From contig OZ242214.1 of the NCBI GenBank assembly GCA_965206595.1, forward strand, positions 3,168,001-3,232,000: a DNA stretch of 64,000 nucleotides. Direction: 5' to 3'. How positions within the stretch are numbered: the first letter of the stretch is position 1; the number at the start of each line of letters is the position of its first letter. This stretch comes from Candidatus Latescibacterota bacterium. GTDB taxonomy: Bacteria; Latescibacterota; UBA2968; UBA8231. The position numbers and the translations under genes were made by a program. The notes beneath the pieces were generated by a model. The model saw only the letters and a list, made by a program, of their open reading frames with translations, made no database searches and was not told the origin of the DNA. Below, one piece after another: positions 21,101-29,892 of this stretch.

Positions 21101-21845
21101 ACTGCGCCTCTTCCACCGCCCAGTTGAACCAATCGAATAGCTCGCGGTAGAACCGCCGGTTGAGTTCCTCTGTGTCCAGTGCATCCAGCCAGGCGGCAAG
21201 CATGCTGTCGAAGTTGGGTTGCTTGCGTTGCAAACCCATCCATTGCAGCCGCTTTTCCAGCGAAAGGTCCTCCAGAATATCGAGGTGTGCCCGGTGCGGG
21301 TTGGCGGTGTCGATTTCGCGTATCAGGAAAACGCGGCCTTGCACATCGCGGCTACGATCGCGCTTGTGCTCGCGGCGGTGGACGAATGCCACGGTGAGCA
21401 GGCCGGAGCCGGCCCGGAAAAGGACGACCGCAGGTGCAATTAACCGTTTGTTTATCTCACGGGTGAATTCGGCGTACTGGCCGCGCGGGTAGCGAACCCC
21501 TTTCAGTTCGATCGCTACAAAGAGAAAGCTGCGGATGTTTCCGCTGTTGAATTCGCCGGTGTCAAACAGGGAATGTTGCACCCCCGAAGCGATTTCGGCG
21601 TCAGTGATCTGAAAGAGGATGCAAGCGGATGCGACGTTGTCGCGGAACGCCTGCTCCGACACCGTGCCTGGCTTCGGGGCGGGGTACTCCTTGATGAACT
21701 CTTTGATGTGGTTCCCCAGCCGTGGGGGCTTGAGCTCGCTCCGGTAGCCTAGGGCGGCGAGCAAATCCTGCGCCGCTGTGAGGAAATCCCTCCCCGGCAT
21801 GGAGGCCAGGGTGGAGCTGATTTTGTCGCGGTCTTGTTCAGCCAT
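18198..21845 (-). CDS. Type IIG (Eco57I-like) restriction-modification enzyme, N6-adenine MTase with TaqI_C-like target recognition domain
   Basis: PFINGGLF, TGSYYTP, motif I DPAVGSGAF, motif IV IIGNPPY, LRGRDI, LLNS; 1215 aa. Confidence 0.92.
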   Translation of the reverse strand: MAEQDRDKISSTLASMPGRDFLTAAQDLLAALGYRSELKPPRLGNHIKEFIKEYPAPKPGTVSEQAFRDNVASACILFQITDAEIASGVQHSLFDTGEFNSGNIRSFLFVAIELKGVRYPRGQYAEFTREINKRLIAPAVVLFRAGSGLLTVAFVHRREHKRDRSRDVQGRVFLIREIDTANPHRAHLDILEDLSLEKRLQWMGLQRKQPNFDSMLAAWLDALDTEELNRRFYRELFDWFNWAVEEAQFPSTVPMEQQVIRLITRILFVWFIKEKGLVREEWFVGAEMKELLNDFGGSDYYRAVLQNLFFATLNTEMGKRGFTTRTEPSHRVFSRFRYRTLIRDTKRFEDLMKQTPFINGGLFDCLDDDESRSAGGKRIDMFSDPDPSDSPRAAQARREAWQELDVPDALFFDEGGGLFPLLNRFKFTVEENTPIEQEVALDPELLGKVFENLLAAYNPETRETARKQTGSYYTPRAVVDYMVDEALVAAFEEKVQPNVGDADYWQERLRYLLDYEDAFNDANDLFEEKEAANIVRAIAETKVLDPAVGSGAFPMAVLHKLTLALRRLDPENALWENFQKEIAGMSAQEAFEVQNQQKRDAELKEISDTFEKYRDSDFGRKLYLIQNSIYGVDIQTIACQIAKLRFFITLAIEQSTDETAENHGIKPLPNLETRFVAADTLLGLDKPDQFTLGQTDAVNRVERDIQTNRERHFHANTRQEKLKCIKVDKKLRSRLSKQLEKSGLPPGAADQIAHWDPYDQNDSSTWFDAKYMFGVEEGFDLIIGNPPYIQLQKEGGKLGKLYKDAGYDTFARTGDIYQLFYESGCRQLRPGGLLAYITSNSWLKAEYGKPLRRYFADRHSPLRLLEMGKDVFENTIVDTCVLLLRKGNDARRSKAVDAVDMDKLKTKNFPPEEKLWGQARPEGDKPWSILSRTEQMVMGKMQKKGTPIKNWEGERNRGITTGCNGAFIIDEATRSALVAQSPNSAEIIKPVLRGRDIQRYRANWAGLWLINVPWHFPLHSDSTIKGSSKKAEDLFKKQYPAIYQHLFSHKAALSSRNRSETGIRYEWYALQRWGANYYEDFQKKKLIWMDLTDKGRFAYDIDGVFCLNTTFIMTGKSIKYLCALLNSTLITWFMDNMALNSGMGVTRWINASVENIPIPIIPAEKQRPFSRLVDLILKKKARDPAANTQEEEGEIDQLVYNLYGLTRKEIQAIEK

Positions 21846-21849
21846 GGGG

Positions 21850-22149
21850 TCAGGGCGTGAGGGTCAGTGTCGAAGCCGGGCGGATGCCATCGGTGAGCCT
21901 ATTCCGCTCGCCAGCCAGTCTGCGAAAGTCACACTCCACCTGGATACCGTGCCAGAACTCGTCCGATTGGCCGAAGAAGGCGCCGAAACGAATGGACATG
22001 GCGGGTGTGATCGACCGCTTCGCGTGAACGATTTCGTTGATCGCACGCGGGGGCACGCCGATGGCACGGGCCATAGCGTTCTGCGAGATCCCCATGGGCT
22101 CCAGGTACTCCTTCAGAAGAATCTCGCCGGGCGTAATCGGACTTTCCAT
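21850..22149 (-). CDS. higA: HigA-family antitoxin
   Basis: [32 protein letters not shown]. Confidence 0.88.
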   Translation of the reverse strand: MESPITPGEILLKEYLEPMGISQNAMARAIGVPPRAINEIVHAKRSITPAMSIRFGAFFGQSDEFWHGIQVECDFRRLAGERNRLTDGIRPASTLTLTP

Positions 22150-22187
22150 TTCAATAATACCCCTATGACGTTACAAGGTTCTGACAT

Positions 22188-22466
22188 CTAATGATAGTCC
22201 ACGATCGCCACTTGGTCAGGTCCCTCATCGGTCCACCGAAAGACGATGCGCCACTGGGCGTTGATCCGAATGGAGTGAAAGCCCGCCAAGTTGCCCCGAA
22301 GTACTTCCAGACGGTTGCCCGGCGGAACGGCGAGGTCGCTGAGCCTACTCGCCTGATTAATCTGAATGAGTTTTCTCAACGCCACTCGCGCTATTGCCGC
22401 CAAGCGGCGGTTGCTCCCAGTCTGGAACAGCTGCTCTGTGTCCCGATTTGCGAAGGATTGGATCAA
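22188..22466 (-). CDS. higB: HigB-like (RelE/ParE) toxin
   Basis: [31 protein letters not shown]; toxin-first gene order. Confidence 0.9.
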   Translation of the reverse strand: MIQSFANRDTEQLFQTGSNRRLAAIARVALRKLIQINQASRLSDLAVPPGNRLEVLRGNLAGFHSIRINAQWRIVFRWTDEGPDQVAIVDYH

Positions 22467-22478
22467 TCTGAGTGAGCG

Positions 22479-25400
22479 TTACGCGCTATCGCTGATCACG
22501 AGCCAAGTCACCAACTCGAAGCCCTCCAGGTCGTTCGGAGCTTCCGACGCCGCCGGCAGCACGAAGTCACGGCTGCCACCGAGACCAAGGCCCTTGGCCT
22601 GCGTTTTGCCGTGCGCCTCGGCAATTTGAGCGACCACGGCCTTCATCAGCTCGTCGTACCGCGCCATGTTCCTGCCGTTGTCAGTTTCCGTGTTGAAGGC
22701 ATCGCATAGCGCCAGGAGGGGCTCCGGCTTGCCCACCGACGTGGACTCGAAAACACCGAGGGCCTGGCGTGTGTTGGTGCACCCGAACCGGGTCTGCCCG
22801 TCGTCCTGGATGAACCCCATATAAAAGGGATGGACCGGACTGGCCATCCGCTGCCCAGACTTCACCTTCCCCTTACGCTGCCTGAGGAAGAAGATCACCC
22901 CGGGGACAGCGGGGGAAGCTGCGGGTTCGGTAATGGCATAGGCGCCATTGGGGACTCGTTCCAGCTCCTCCCGGTTCTGTTCGAGGTACTGCAGGAGTTG
23001 CGCGAAGAAGTAGTCCAGCGTGAAGTCGCTCATCGCCGGGCTGTCGTCCAGATCGTCGAGATCGAGGATTTCGTCACGGAGCCTGAGGAGCTGCTTGTCG
23101 CGGAAGTTCAGCTCCAACTGGGCCCCCTCTTCGGTGAGCGGGTCGTCTTCGCCACTGGCCGCCATGTCAGCGAGCATCATCCGCGCCCTCACCCGGTTCT
23201 CCAACCGCAGATAGGCGTCCATGTCCTTGGTGGGCCAGAAGTTCAGCATCCGCACCCTTTTATTGCGGCTGCCGATGCGATCAATGCGCCCGAAGCGCTG
23301 GATCAGCCTCACCGGGTTCCAGTGGATGTCGTAGTTCAGAGTGGTGTCGCAGTCCTGCAGGTTCTGCCCCTCGGAGATGCAGTCCGTCGCGATCAGCAGG
23401 TCAATCTCTTCGCCAAGAGTTGCCTGGCCCGGTCCCCGAGCCCTTGGGGCGAAGTTGGTCAGAATGGCGTTGAAGTTGTTGTCGCCGAGTGTGGTATGAG
23501 TGGCATCGCCGGCGACCATGGCCATCTTCAGGCCGAGTTCTGTGGCCAAAGGGGTCAGATGCTCATACAGGTACTCGGCGGTGTCCTTGAACGTGGTGAA
23601 CACCAGCACTTTGCGGTTGGTCCTGCCATCCTTGTCTGTTGTCGGGTTTTCGGCCTTATGCCGAATCACCCGCCTTATTTCGAGCAGTTTTCCGTCACGC
23701 TCCGGCGTTATGGCGGCGACACTCTTTCTCGCAACATCCAGCGTTGCCCGATCACGCAAAAGGTGCTGCCGCCAACGAGGAAGATCGAGTTCGCTCAGGT
23801 GGTACGGATCTCGCGCCCGGTTGATGAAGAACTCCTCGTCCTCCACATCCTCGTCAGGCAGAATGTCCGCTTGGTCGCTGGCCAATTGTTTTTTTTCGTA
23901 GCGATCGATCCGGGAGATCAGGTCGTCGATTTTCCCGACTGTGCGTTCAAGCGTCAGGGTCAGCGAGTGGGGTGAGCTCTCCAGCCGTTTCAGGAAGTTG
24001 GTGCGGATCATCCCGATGAGGAAGTTCTCGCGATCCTGTTGGTTGAAGTTCAACAGTTTACGCTCTTTGGCCAGTTCCTCAATCCGTGTCTCGTCCGTGA
24101 GGTAGTCGGTAGGTCGATACACGGACATCTCGAATCGGCTGATCTGGTCCGCCAGTTCCTTGTACGACAGCTCGCCCTTCCGGTCCGTGGGCGGATAGCG
24201 GTTGTCGGGCCTGTCATGGGTTGGAAACTGCCCGATCCGCTCCATCTCCTGGGAATAGAACCGCTCGATCTGACGGCGGGAGCGGGCAATGGAAACGGCG
24301 TCGAGGAGGCGGAGGAAATCCGCCCCCAGACTTTCCAGCAGCTCCGCCTTGTCGCGCTTGCCATTCCTCGTCCCAACCTCCCAACTCTTGAACTCCTTTT
24401 GCGCTGCGTTCAGCAGGGTGGAGATGTCCCCGATTCCGAGACTGTCCCAGAACACGTCCCTGCGCCCCGCGGTCATCAGGTAAATCTGGTTGCGCAGGTC
24501 GATAAGCGACGTGTTGACCGGCGTAGCCGACAGCATCAGCACCTTCGTGCGTGCGCCCTGACTGATGATTTCTTCGATCAGCCGCTTGTACCGCTGTCCG
24601 CCATCGTTTCGGAAGTTGTGCGACTCGTCGATTACGACGAGGTCGAAGTTGCCCCAGTTGAAGCGGGAAAGATCGACGTTTCCCGCCATGCCGTGGTCGC
24701 GGGAGAGGTCGGTGTGCGAAAGCAGGGTGTACCCGAATCGGTCGGCCATGAATGGGTTGCCAATTTGGGCGTTTTGCGACGGGTAGAGCGACCAGTTGTC
24801 TCGCAGTTTTCGGGGACAAAGCACCAGGACATTCTCGTTACGGAGCTCGAAATACTTGATAACGGCCAGGGCGGTGTAGGTCTTCCCTAGCCCTACGCTG
24901 TCGGCCAGGATGCACCCGTTGTTTCGCCGTAGGCGAAAAATGATGCTTTTCGCCCCGTCCTTCTGAAAATCAAACAGCGTTTTCCAGATTGCGGTGTCAT
25001 ACAGATGGATGTCGTCCAGACGCTGGTTTTCGTCGAGACGCGCGTCGATTTCTTCGCGGAACAGCTCCAACAGCGTCTTGAAGTAGATGAACTCCGGCCC
25101 GTACTCCTTTCCGATACGGTTGAGCGCGGTCAGCACCTCCTGCTTCACGTCGACGGTGAGTTCTGTGTCATTCCACAGTCCATCGAACCAGTCCCGTAGC
25201 TCTGCACAGCTCCCGCTGTCTGTAGTAGCCAGGTTGATTTCCAGATTGGGACTGATGCCGCCTCCGAGACCTCTTCTGGTGAAGTTGGAGCTTCCCACCA
25301 CCGCGGCTCCGGTATCTGAACCTTCGGTGAGGTACATCTTGCCATGCAGGAAGTTGGACCTGCTGATCGAGCGAACCGTCACGCGGTCGCGGTTGATCCA

Positions 25401-25703
25401 ACTGCTGCAGCGACGGGCAAGTGCCTTCTGCTGCAGTACGTGGTTCGGGACGAGCCCCTGTTCGGTCAGCTCGAAAGACTTGGGGTCCTTCTCCCCCGGG
25501 TCCAGTTCATCCACGGATGTCGGATCTCCGAAGAGAATGCGCACCTCTCTGACGGTATCGAGCTCATTGGCCAGCAACCCGTAGCCGTAGATGCTGAAAT
25601 AGGCCGATACCAGGCGGAAGGAGTCAGCGGTACCCAGGCCTTGGTGCAGGTAATCGGCGACAGTGCGCTTGCGGTTGTCGAGTATGTGTGTGGGGTCCGT
25701 CAT
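22479..25703 (-). CDS. PLD-nuclease + SNF2-like SF2 helicase
   Basis: FLHGKMY...GSSNFT (PLD), DSVGLGKT, IDESH, SATP, SEGQNLQ, QRFGRIDRIG. Confidence 0.92.
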   Translation of the reverse strand: MTDPTHILDNRKRTVADYLHQGLGTADSFRLVSAYFSIYGYGLLANELDTVREVRILFGDPTSVDELDPGEKDPKSFELTEQGLVPNHVLQQKALARRCSSWINRDRVTVRSISRSNFLHGKMYLTEGSDTGAAVVGSSNFTRRGLGGGISPNLEINLATTDSGSCAELRDWFDGLWNDTELTVDVKQEVLTALNRIGKEYGPEFIYFKTLLELFREEIDARLDENQRLDDIHLYDTAIWKTLFDFQKDGAKSIIFRLRRNNGCILADSVGLGKTYTALAVIKYFELRNENVLVLCPRKLRDNWSLYPSQNAQIGNPFMADRFGYTLLSHTDLSRDHGMAGNVDLSRFNWGNFDLVVIDESHNFRNDGGQRYKRLIEEIISQGARTKVLMLSATPVNTSLIDLRNQIYLMTAGRRDVFWDSLGIGDISTLLNAAQKEFKSWEVGTRNGKRDKAELLESLGADFLRLLDAVSIARSRRQIERFYSQEMERIGQFPTHDRPDNRYPPTDRKGELSYKELADQISRFEMSVYRPTDYLTDETRIEELAKERKLLNFNQQDRENFLIGMIRTNFLKRLESSPHSLTLTLERTVGKIDDLISRIDRYEKKQLASDQADILPDEDVEDEEFFINRARDPYHLSELDLPRWRQHLLRDRATLDVARKSVAAITPERDGKLLEIRRVIRHKAENPTTDKDGRTNRKVLVFTTFKDTAEYLYEHLTPLATELGLKMAMVAGDATHTTLGDNNFNAILTNFAPRARGPGQATLGEEIDLLIATDCISEGQNLQDCDTTLNYDIHWNPVRLIQRFGRIDRIGSRNKRVRMLNFWPTKDMDAYLRLENRVRARMMLADMAASGEDDPLTEEGAQLELNFRDKQLLRLRDEILDLDDLDDSPAMSDFTLDYFFAQLLQYLEQNREELERVPNGAYAITEPAASPAVPGVIFFLRQRKGKVKSGQRMASPVHPFYMGFIQDDGQTRFGCTNTRQALGVFESTSVGKPEPLLALCDAFNTETDNGRNMARYDELMKAVVAQIAEAHGKTQAKGLGLGGSRDFVLPAASEAPNDLEGFELVTWLVISDSA

Positions 25704-25706
25704 GGG

Positions 25707-26093
25707 TCAGAACAGTTGAATCGGACCCGGGTAGCGCCCGACGACTTCATCCACTGTCAACAGCGTCATCCCCTCGATCTGCGCCTGGGCGACCAACAGC
25801 CGGTCGAACGGGTCCTTGTGGATCGGCGGCAGTGTATCCACCGCTACCGAATGGGCGCCGGTTACCACGAGTTCCGTGTAGCCGTGCTCCAGCAATCCCC
25901 GGCGCAGCACGCGCGGGTCGACCCTGAAGTCTTCCCGTCCCAAGCCTTTCTTGATAGCAACCTCCCAGAGCGATGCGGCGCTGTAAACCAACTCCGACTC
26001 CGGATCTTCGATCAAACTGCGCGCCTCCGCAGGCAACCGGTCCGGCTCACCCGCAGCCCAGAGCAGGACATGCGTGTCGAGAAGGAGATTCAC
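25707..26093 (-). CDS. vapC: VapC/PIN toxin
   Basis: LLLDTHVLLW, SLWE, HKDPFDRLLVAQA. Confidence 0.92.
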   Translation of the reverse strand: MNLLLDTHVLLWAAGEPDRLPAEARSLIEDPESELVYSAASLWEVAIKKGLGREDFRVDPRVLRRGLLEHGYTELVVTGAHSVAVDTLPPIHKDPFDRLLVAQAQIEGMTLLTVDEVVGRYPGPIQLF

Positions 26094-26335
26094 GCGCCGC
26101 CTTCGAGCAACGCCTCGATCTCGGCGGAGCCCATCCGGTCGAAGTCGGGCGGTACCGAGATCTTCCCTTGCAGAAACCCCGTCCGGCTCGCGGTTGCGGG
26201 CTCCGGGGCATCCACCGCCACAACTTTGACCAAGGGCTTGCCTGCCCGCGCGATAACAAACGGCTCACCCTGGGCAGCACTCTCGACGAGACGCGAAAGG
26301 TGGGTCTTGGCTTCGTGCATGTTGACGGTGCGCAT
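26090..26335 (-). CDS. Phd/YefM-family antitoxin
   Basis: VNMHEAKTHLSRLV, IARAGKP; RBS GGAGG. Confidence 0.9.
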   Translation of the reverse strand: MRTVNMHEAKTHLSRLVESAAQGEPFVIARAGKPLVKVVAVDAPEPATASRTGFLQGKISVPPDFDRMGSAEIEALLEGGA

Positions 26336-26450
26336 GGCTTCCTCCCCTGACTTAGTCCGGAGACCTTAGTCTATCCAGGCCCATCTTGCAAGATAGGGCC
26401 GCAAAGTCCCGAAGGGTTTGTTTTGATTTTCTCCCACAGATAAGCCCTAC

Positions 26451-26501
26451 TTGACGGCCTCAACACCATCCGGTATGTTCAGTGTTTACTGAACACTGAA
26501 C
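26451..26501 (+). promoter_or_regulatory. Sigma-70 promoter with overlapping palindromic operator
   Basis: TTGACG (26451-56), 17-bp spacer, TATGTT (26474-79); inverted repeat GTTCAGTGTT-tactg-AACACTGAAC at 26477-26501. Confidence 0.7.
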
Positions 26502-26515
26502 GATCAGGAGTTCCG

Positions 26516-26848
26516 ATGCCATCGCAATTGGGAAAGACAATCCGTTCGAGGCGCCAAGAGATCAACCTCTCTCTTCGCGGACTTGCTCGCGCCATCGGGA
26601 AATCCCCCTCCTTCATCGTGGAAATCGAACGGAGCGAGCGCCCACCTGCGGTATCAGAGGATACCCTTCGCGAAATCGCGAACGCCATACAAGTAGAAGC
26701 AGATCTCCTGATTGTGCTGGCGGGGAAGACACCCACCGACGTCACCCCGAAGAGCGTGGAAGAGGTGGAGCTCTACCGTATGGTTCGTGGCCTCCAGGCA
26801 GATGAGCAAGAACAGGTCAAGAGGTATATCCGTAGTCGGAGAAAATGA
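26516..26848 (+). CDS. XRE-family HTH regulator
   Basis: LGKTIRSRR...SLRGLARAIGKSPSFIVEIE; RBS AGGAG. Confidence 0.85.
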   Translation: MPSQLGKTIRSRRQEINLSLRGLARAIGKSPSFIVEIERSERPPAVSEDTLREIANAIQVEADLLIVLAGKTPTDVTPKSVEEVELYRMVRGLQADEQEQVKRYIRSRRK

Positions 26849-26849
26849 A

Positions 26850-27908
26850 ATGAATGATGTCAACCTCAACCCTGCTGAAGAATTGACCGGTTTGACCCTC
26901 GATGGAGGTTGGCGAGTAATCGAGAAGTGCAGAAAGTCTGGGACTCAAACTGGTGGTTTCTTCAGTGTAGGGTATATAGTTGCGCGAGATGGACAGAAGG
27001 CCTACCTAAAGGCACTCGACTTCTATTCAAGTCTCGTGCTGGCCAGTGACCCTGCGCGTAGCCTGCAGCCCCTGATCGAAGCATTCAACCGGGAGCGAGA
27101 TCTCCTTGCCAAGTGCAGAAACCACAGGCTAACCCGAGTTATTGTGGCTCTGGATGATGGAGCAATCAGACCAAGTGGTACGAGCTTCCTTTATCCAGTG
27201 CAATACATCGTCTTTGAGCTCGCGGACGGTGACGTCCGAAACCAGATCACAACAGCTGACCGTCTGGACCTCGCTTGGGCGCTACGCGCATTGCACCAGA
27301 TTGCGGTCGGCTTGCAGCAACTACACGGCATCGGTGTTGCTCACCAGGACACAAAACCTTCAAATGTCTTGCTTTTCCAGGGAGGTGTGGTATCCAAGTT
27401 GGCGGATGTAGGAAGCGCCTCTGCCCGAGGAGAGACCCGGCCGTTTGGGGACCGAGACTATCTGGGTGATCCTACGTACGCTCCCCCTGAGTTGCGGTAC
27501 GGGGCACCGCCTGCAGATTGGGGACCTAGAAGCATGGGGTGTGATGTATACCACCTCGGAAGTATGATCGTCTGGATGTTCACCATGACTGCGATGACTC
27601 AGATCCTTCTCATGAGTTTGTCCCAGGACATGCACCCAGAAGCTTGGGAAAGTACCTACGATGAGGTGCTTCCTTATCTGAGGTCGGAGTATGAGGACAT
27701 TCTCGAATACTTGTACCCCGAGTTTCCCGAAGGTTTCCAGGACGATCTCACCGATATGGTGCGCCAGTTATGTGATCCTGACCCAGCTCGGAGAGGCCAT
27801 CCTCGAAGTCATCAGGAGATAGGGTCGCCTTACCGCTTGGAGAGGTATATTTCTAAGCTAGACCGACTAGCCAAGACAGCTGAATTCCGTCTCGTTGGTG
27901 AGATATAG
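26850..27908 (+). CDS. Ser/Thr (Hanks-type) protein kinase
   Basis: G-loop TGGFFSVGY, AYLK, HQDTKPSN, LADVG, YAPPE, DVYHLG. Confidence 0.88.
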   Translation: MNDVNLNPAEELTGLTLDGGWRVIEKCRKSGTQTGGFFSVGYIVARDGQKAYLKALDFYSSLVLASDPARSLQPLIEAFNRERDLLAKCRNHRLTRVIVALDDGAIRPSGTSFLYPVQYIVFELADGDVRNQITTADRLDLAWALRALHQIAVGLQQLHGIGVAHQDTKPSNVLLFQGGVVSKLADVGSASARGETRPFGDRDYLGDPTYAPPELRYGAPPADWGPRSMGCDVYHLGSMIVWMFTMTAMTQILLMSLSQDMHPEAWESTYDEVLPYLRSEYEDILEYLYPEFPEGFQDDLTDMVRQLCDPDPARRGHPRSHQEIGSPYRLERYISKLDRLAKTAEFRLVGEI

Positions 27909-27909
27909 T

Positions 27910-29475
27910 ATGCCTCTCGGGTTGAGCGACAATAACCGCAGAGTAATTCCCACATGGAGGCCGAGCACTGTTTCAATGAAATTCGGGGAATCAGCACCTG
28001 TTTCCGGTTTGGAGGCAAGAGGCTTTCCAAGCGATGAATCATTAAGGGAAGCCAAACAGGACTGGATCGACAGTCCCACAGTCCCTTTCGCAGCTGGTCT
28101 GGTCATGGCGGCGCTATGCGCGGGGAAGGAAAATGAGGCATCGGATGCCGCAAAGTTACTTCTGGAGACAAAAGAGAGAGTTTCACCTCTGCTCCTCAGA
28201 TGTGCTCATCGGATTCTCGGCTCTGGTGAACCGGAAGCGCAGAGTTCAGAGGAGATCCCCAGTGCGCTCAGAGACTATCGTAGACGTCTGCGAGTTGGCC
28301 CAAACAATCCGTTCATATGGCTGGATCTTGCTCTAGAGTACAGCACCATTGGTAAGTTAAAGAGTGCGGAGAGGGCGATCGTTGTAGCTACCTCTTTGGC
28401 CGGCAGCAACCGTATCGTACTTCGCTCGGCCAGCAGATTTTTTCTCCACTGCGGGCGTAATGACCGGGCTCATTCTCTTCTGGTTACGGCGAAGGAACTC
28501 CAGAACGATCCTTGGCTACTATCCGCAGAAATTGCCGTTGGGGAACTAATGGGACAAACTTCCAGATATATTCGAATAGGGAGAGAAATGCTTGCTTCAG
28601 GGAAGCACTCCCCAAGGCAGCTTTCCGAACTGGCAAGCGCAATCGGGACATTGGAGCTTTCAGCTGGGAAAATCCGGCACTCCAAGCGACTCCTGACGGG
28701 ATCCCTCAAGGATCCTACCGATAACTCAGTTGCCCAGGCAATTTGGGCCCAAAGTGTTACCCCAGAATTAGGGCTGGGTCCGTCTTACTCTTCGGTACCT
28801 TACTCGTTCGAGGCTAGAGCATGGGACAACGCCATTGAAGGCAAATGGGAGGTAGCAATGACAGCCGCCCGAGATTGGCAAAATTACGAGCCAACCTCTG
28901 GACGTGCAGCAGTGTTCGGCTCTTGGATGGCAGCTGCAATGATCCGAGACTACGACGACGCCATCAAGATAGCAAAGCAGGGCCTTCTCGCCGATCCCAA
29001 AAAAATCGTTCTCGCAAACAACCTTGCCTTCGCGCTCGCCTGCAGCGGCCAACTAGACGCAGCAAGGAGGGTCCTTCAGAAGTGGCCGATTGCGAACCTG
29101 GCCGAAGAGCACAAGCCAATTATCCTCGCCACGAACGGCTTGTTAGCCTTTCGAGAAGGAGACAGGAACTCCGGAAGGGAGCTCTATCGTAGAGCCCGGG
29201 AGCTTGCGATCAATCAAAAGGAAAGAGGCAAATCAGTTTGGGCCGGACTTTATCATGCTAGAGAGGAGTACAGGATAGGCAACCATTTCGACGCAGATGG
29301 TCTAGTGAGGCGTGCCATCGGCGGAATTCCAAAAATACCTAAGAAGGACATCCCTGTCACAATTCGAATACTCGGGGAGGTCCTTGCTGTTGGGGGACGC
29401 GATGTGTCTGAAGTAATGCCGAAAAAAAAGAATCGTGGCCAAAGATTCGACACAATCAGAGAGAAATTCCCCTAA
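27910..29475 (+). CDS. TPR-repeat protein
   Basis: PNNPFIWLDLALEY, LANNLAFALA, ATNGLLAFREG helical repeats. Confidence 0.75.
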   Translation: MPLGLSDNNRRVIPTWRPSTVSMKFGESAPVSGLEARGFPSDESLREAKQDWIDSPTVPFAAGLVMAALCAGKENEASDAAKLLLETKERVSPLLLRCAHRILGSGEPEAQSSEEIPSALRDYRRRLRVGPNNPFIWLDLALEYSTIGKLKSAERAIVVATSLAGSNRIVLRSASRFFLHCGRNDRAHSLLVTAKELQNDPWLLSAEIAVGELMGQTSRYIRIGREMLASGKHSPRQLSELASAIGTLELSAGKIRHSKRLLTGSLKDPTDNSVAQAIWAQSVTPELGLGPSYSSVPYSFEARAWDNAIEGKWEVAMTAARDWQNYEPTSGRAAVFGSWMAAAMIRDYDDAIKIAKQGLLADPKKIVLANNLAFALACSGQLDAARRVLQKWPIANLAEEHKPIILATNGLLAFREGDRNSGRELYRRARELAINQKERGKSVWAGLYHAREEYRIGNHFDADGLVRRAIGGIPKIPKKDIPVTIRILGEVLAVGGRDVSEVMPKKKNRGQRFDTIREKFP

Positions 29476-29892
29476 CAGCTATAATGACAAAAAAATGACA
29501 CGGTCCTCAATTCCTGTCCTACTGGAGTTCCCGGATGTAAAATGTAACTAACCCGGATGCCAAGTGCTTTTGTGGGAGTCAAACCCTCCCAGGCGAACCA
29601 GCCGGGTTTGCACGGCCCCTTGCCAGCCATATAGCGAATGACCCGACCACGCTATGCGAAATCTGCGTTTTTTCGCCTAGCTATGCCGACTCGACGGTGG
29701 TCCAGCTCACGTTTGTGAAACTCAAAAAAATCTGAAGGCGTATCTGTTGCCAGACTGTGGGTACGGTGAATACGTGTGTCGTCTATCATGGCCATATATT
29801 AAATAAGTCCAAAAAATCCTGCCATTTTCTAACACAACGCTTGATGAAAGTTAGCGGATCAGATGGGATCCTCTTCACCGAAACTCGACCGT

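Noticed and set aside
18198-25703. DISARM or BREX call for the PLD-helicase + methyltransferase
   Set aside because: No DUF1998 helicase, standalone DrmC, PglZ or BrxC genes are visible.
29570-29592. GAGGGTTTGACTCCCAC (minus strand), resembling a tRNA T-arm or att site
   Set aside because: No TTC loop, acceptor stem, CCA or cloverleaf could be built.
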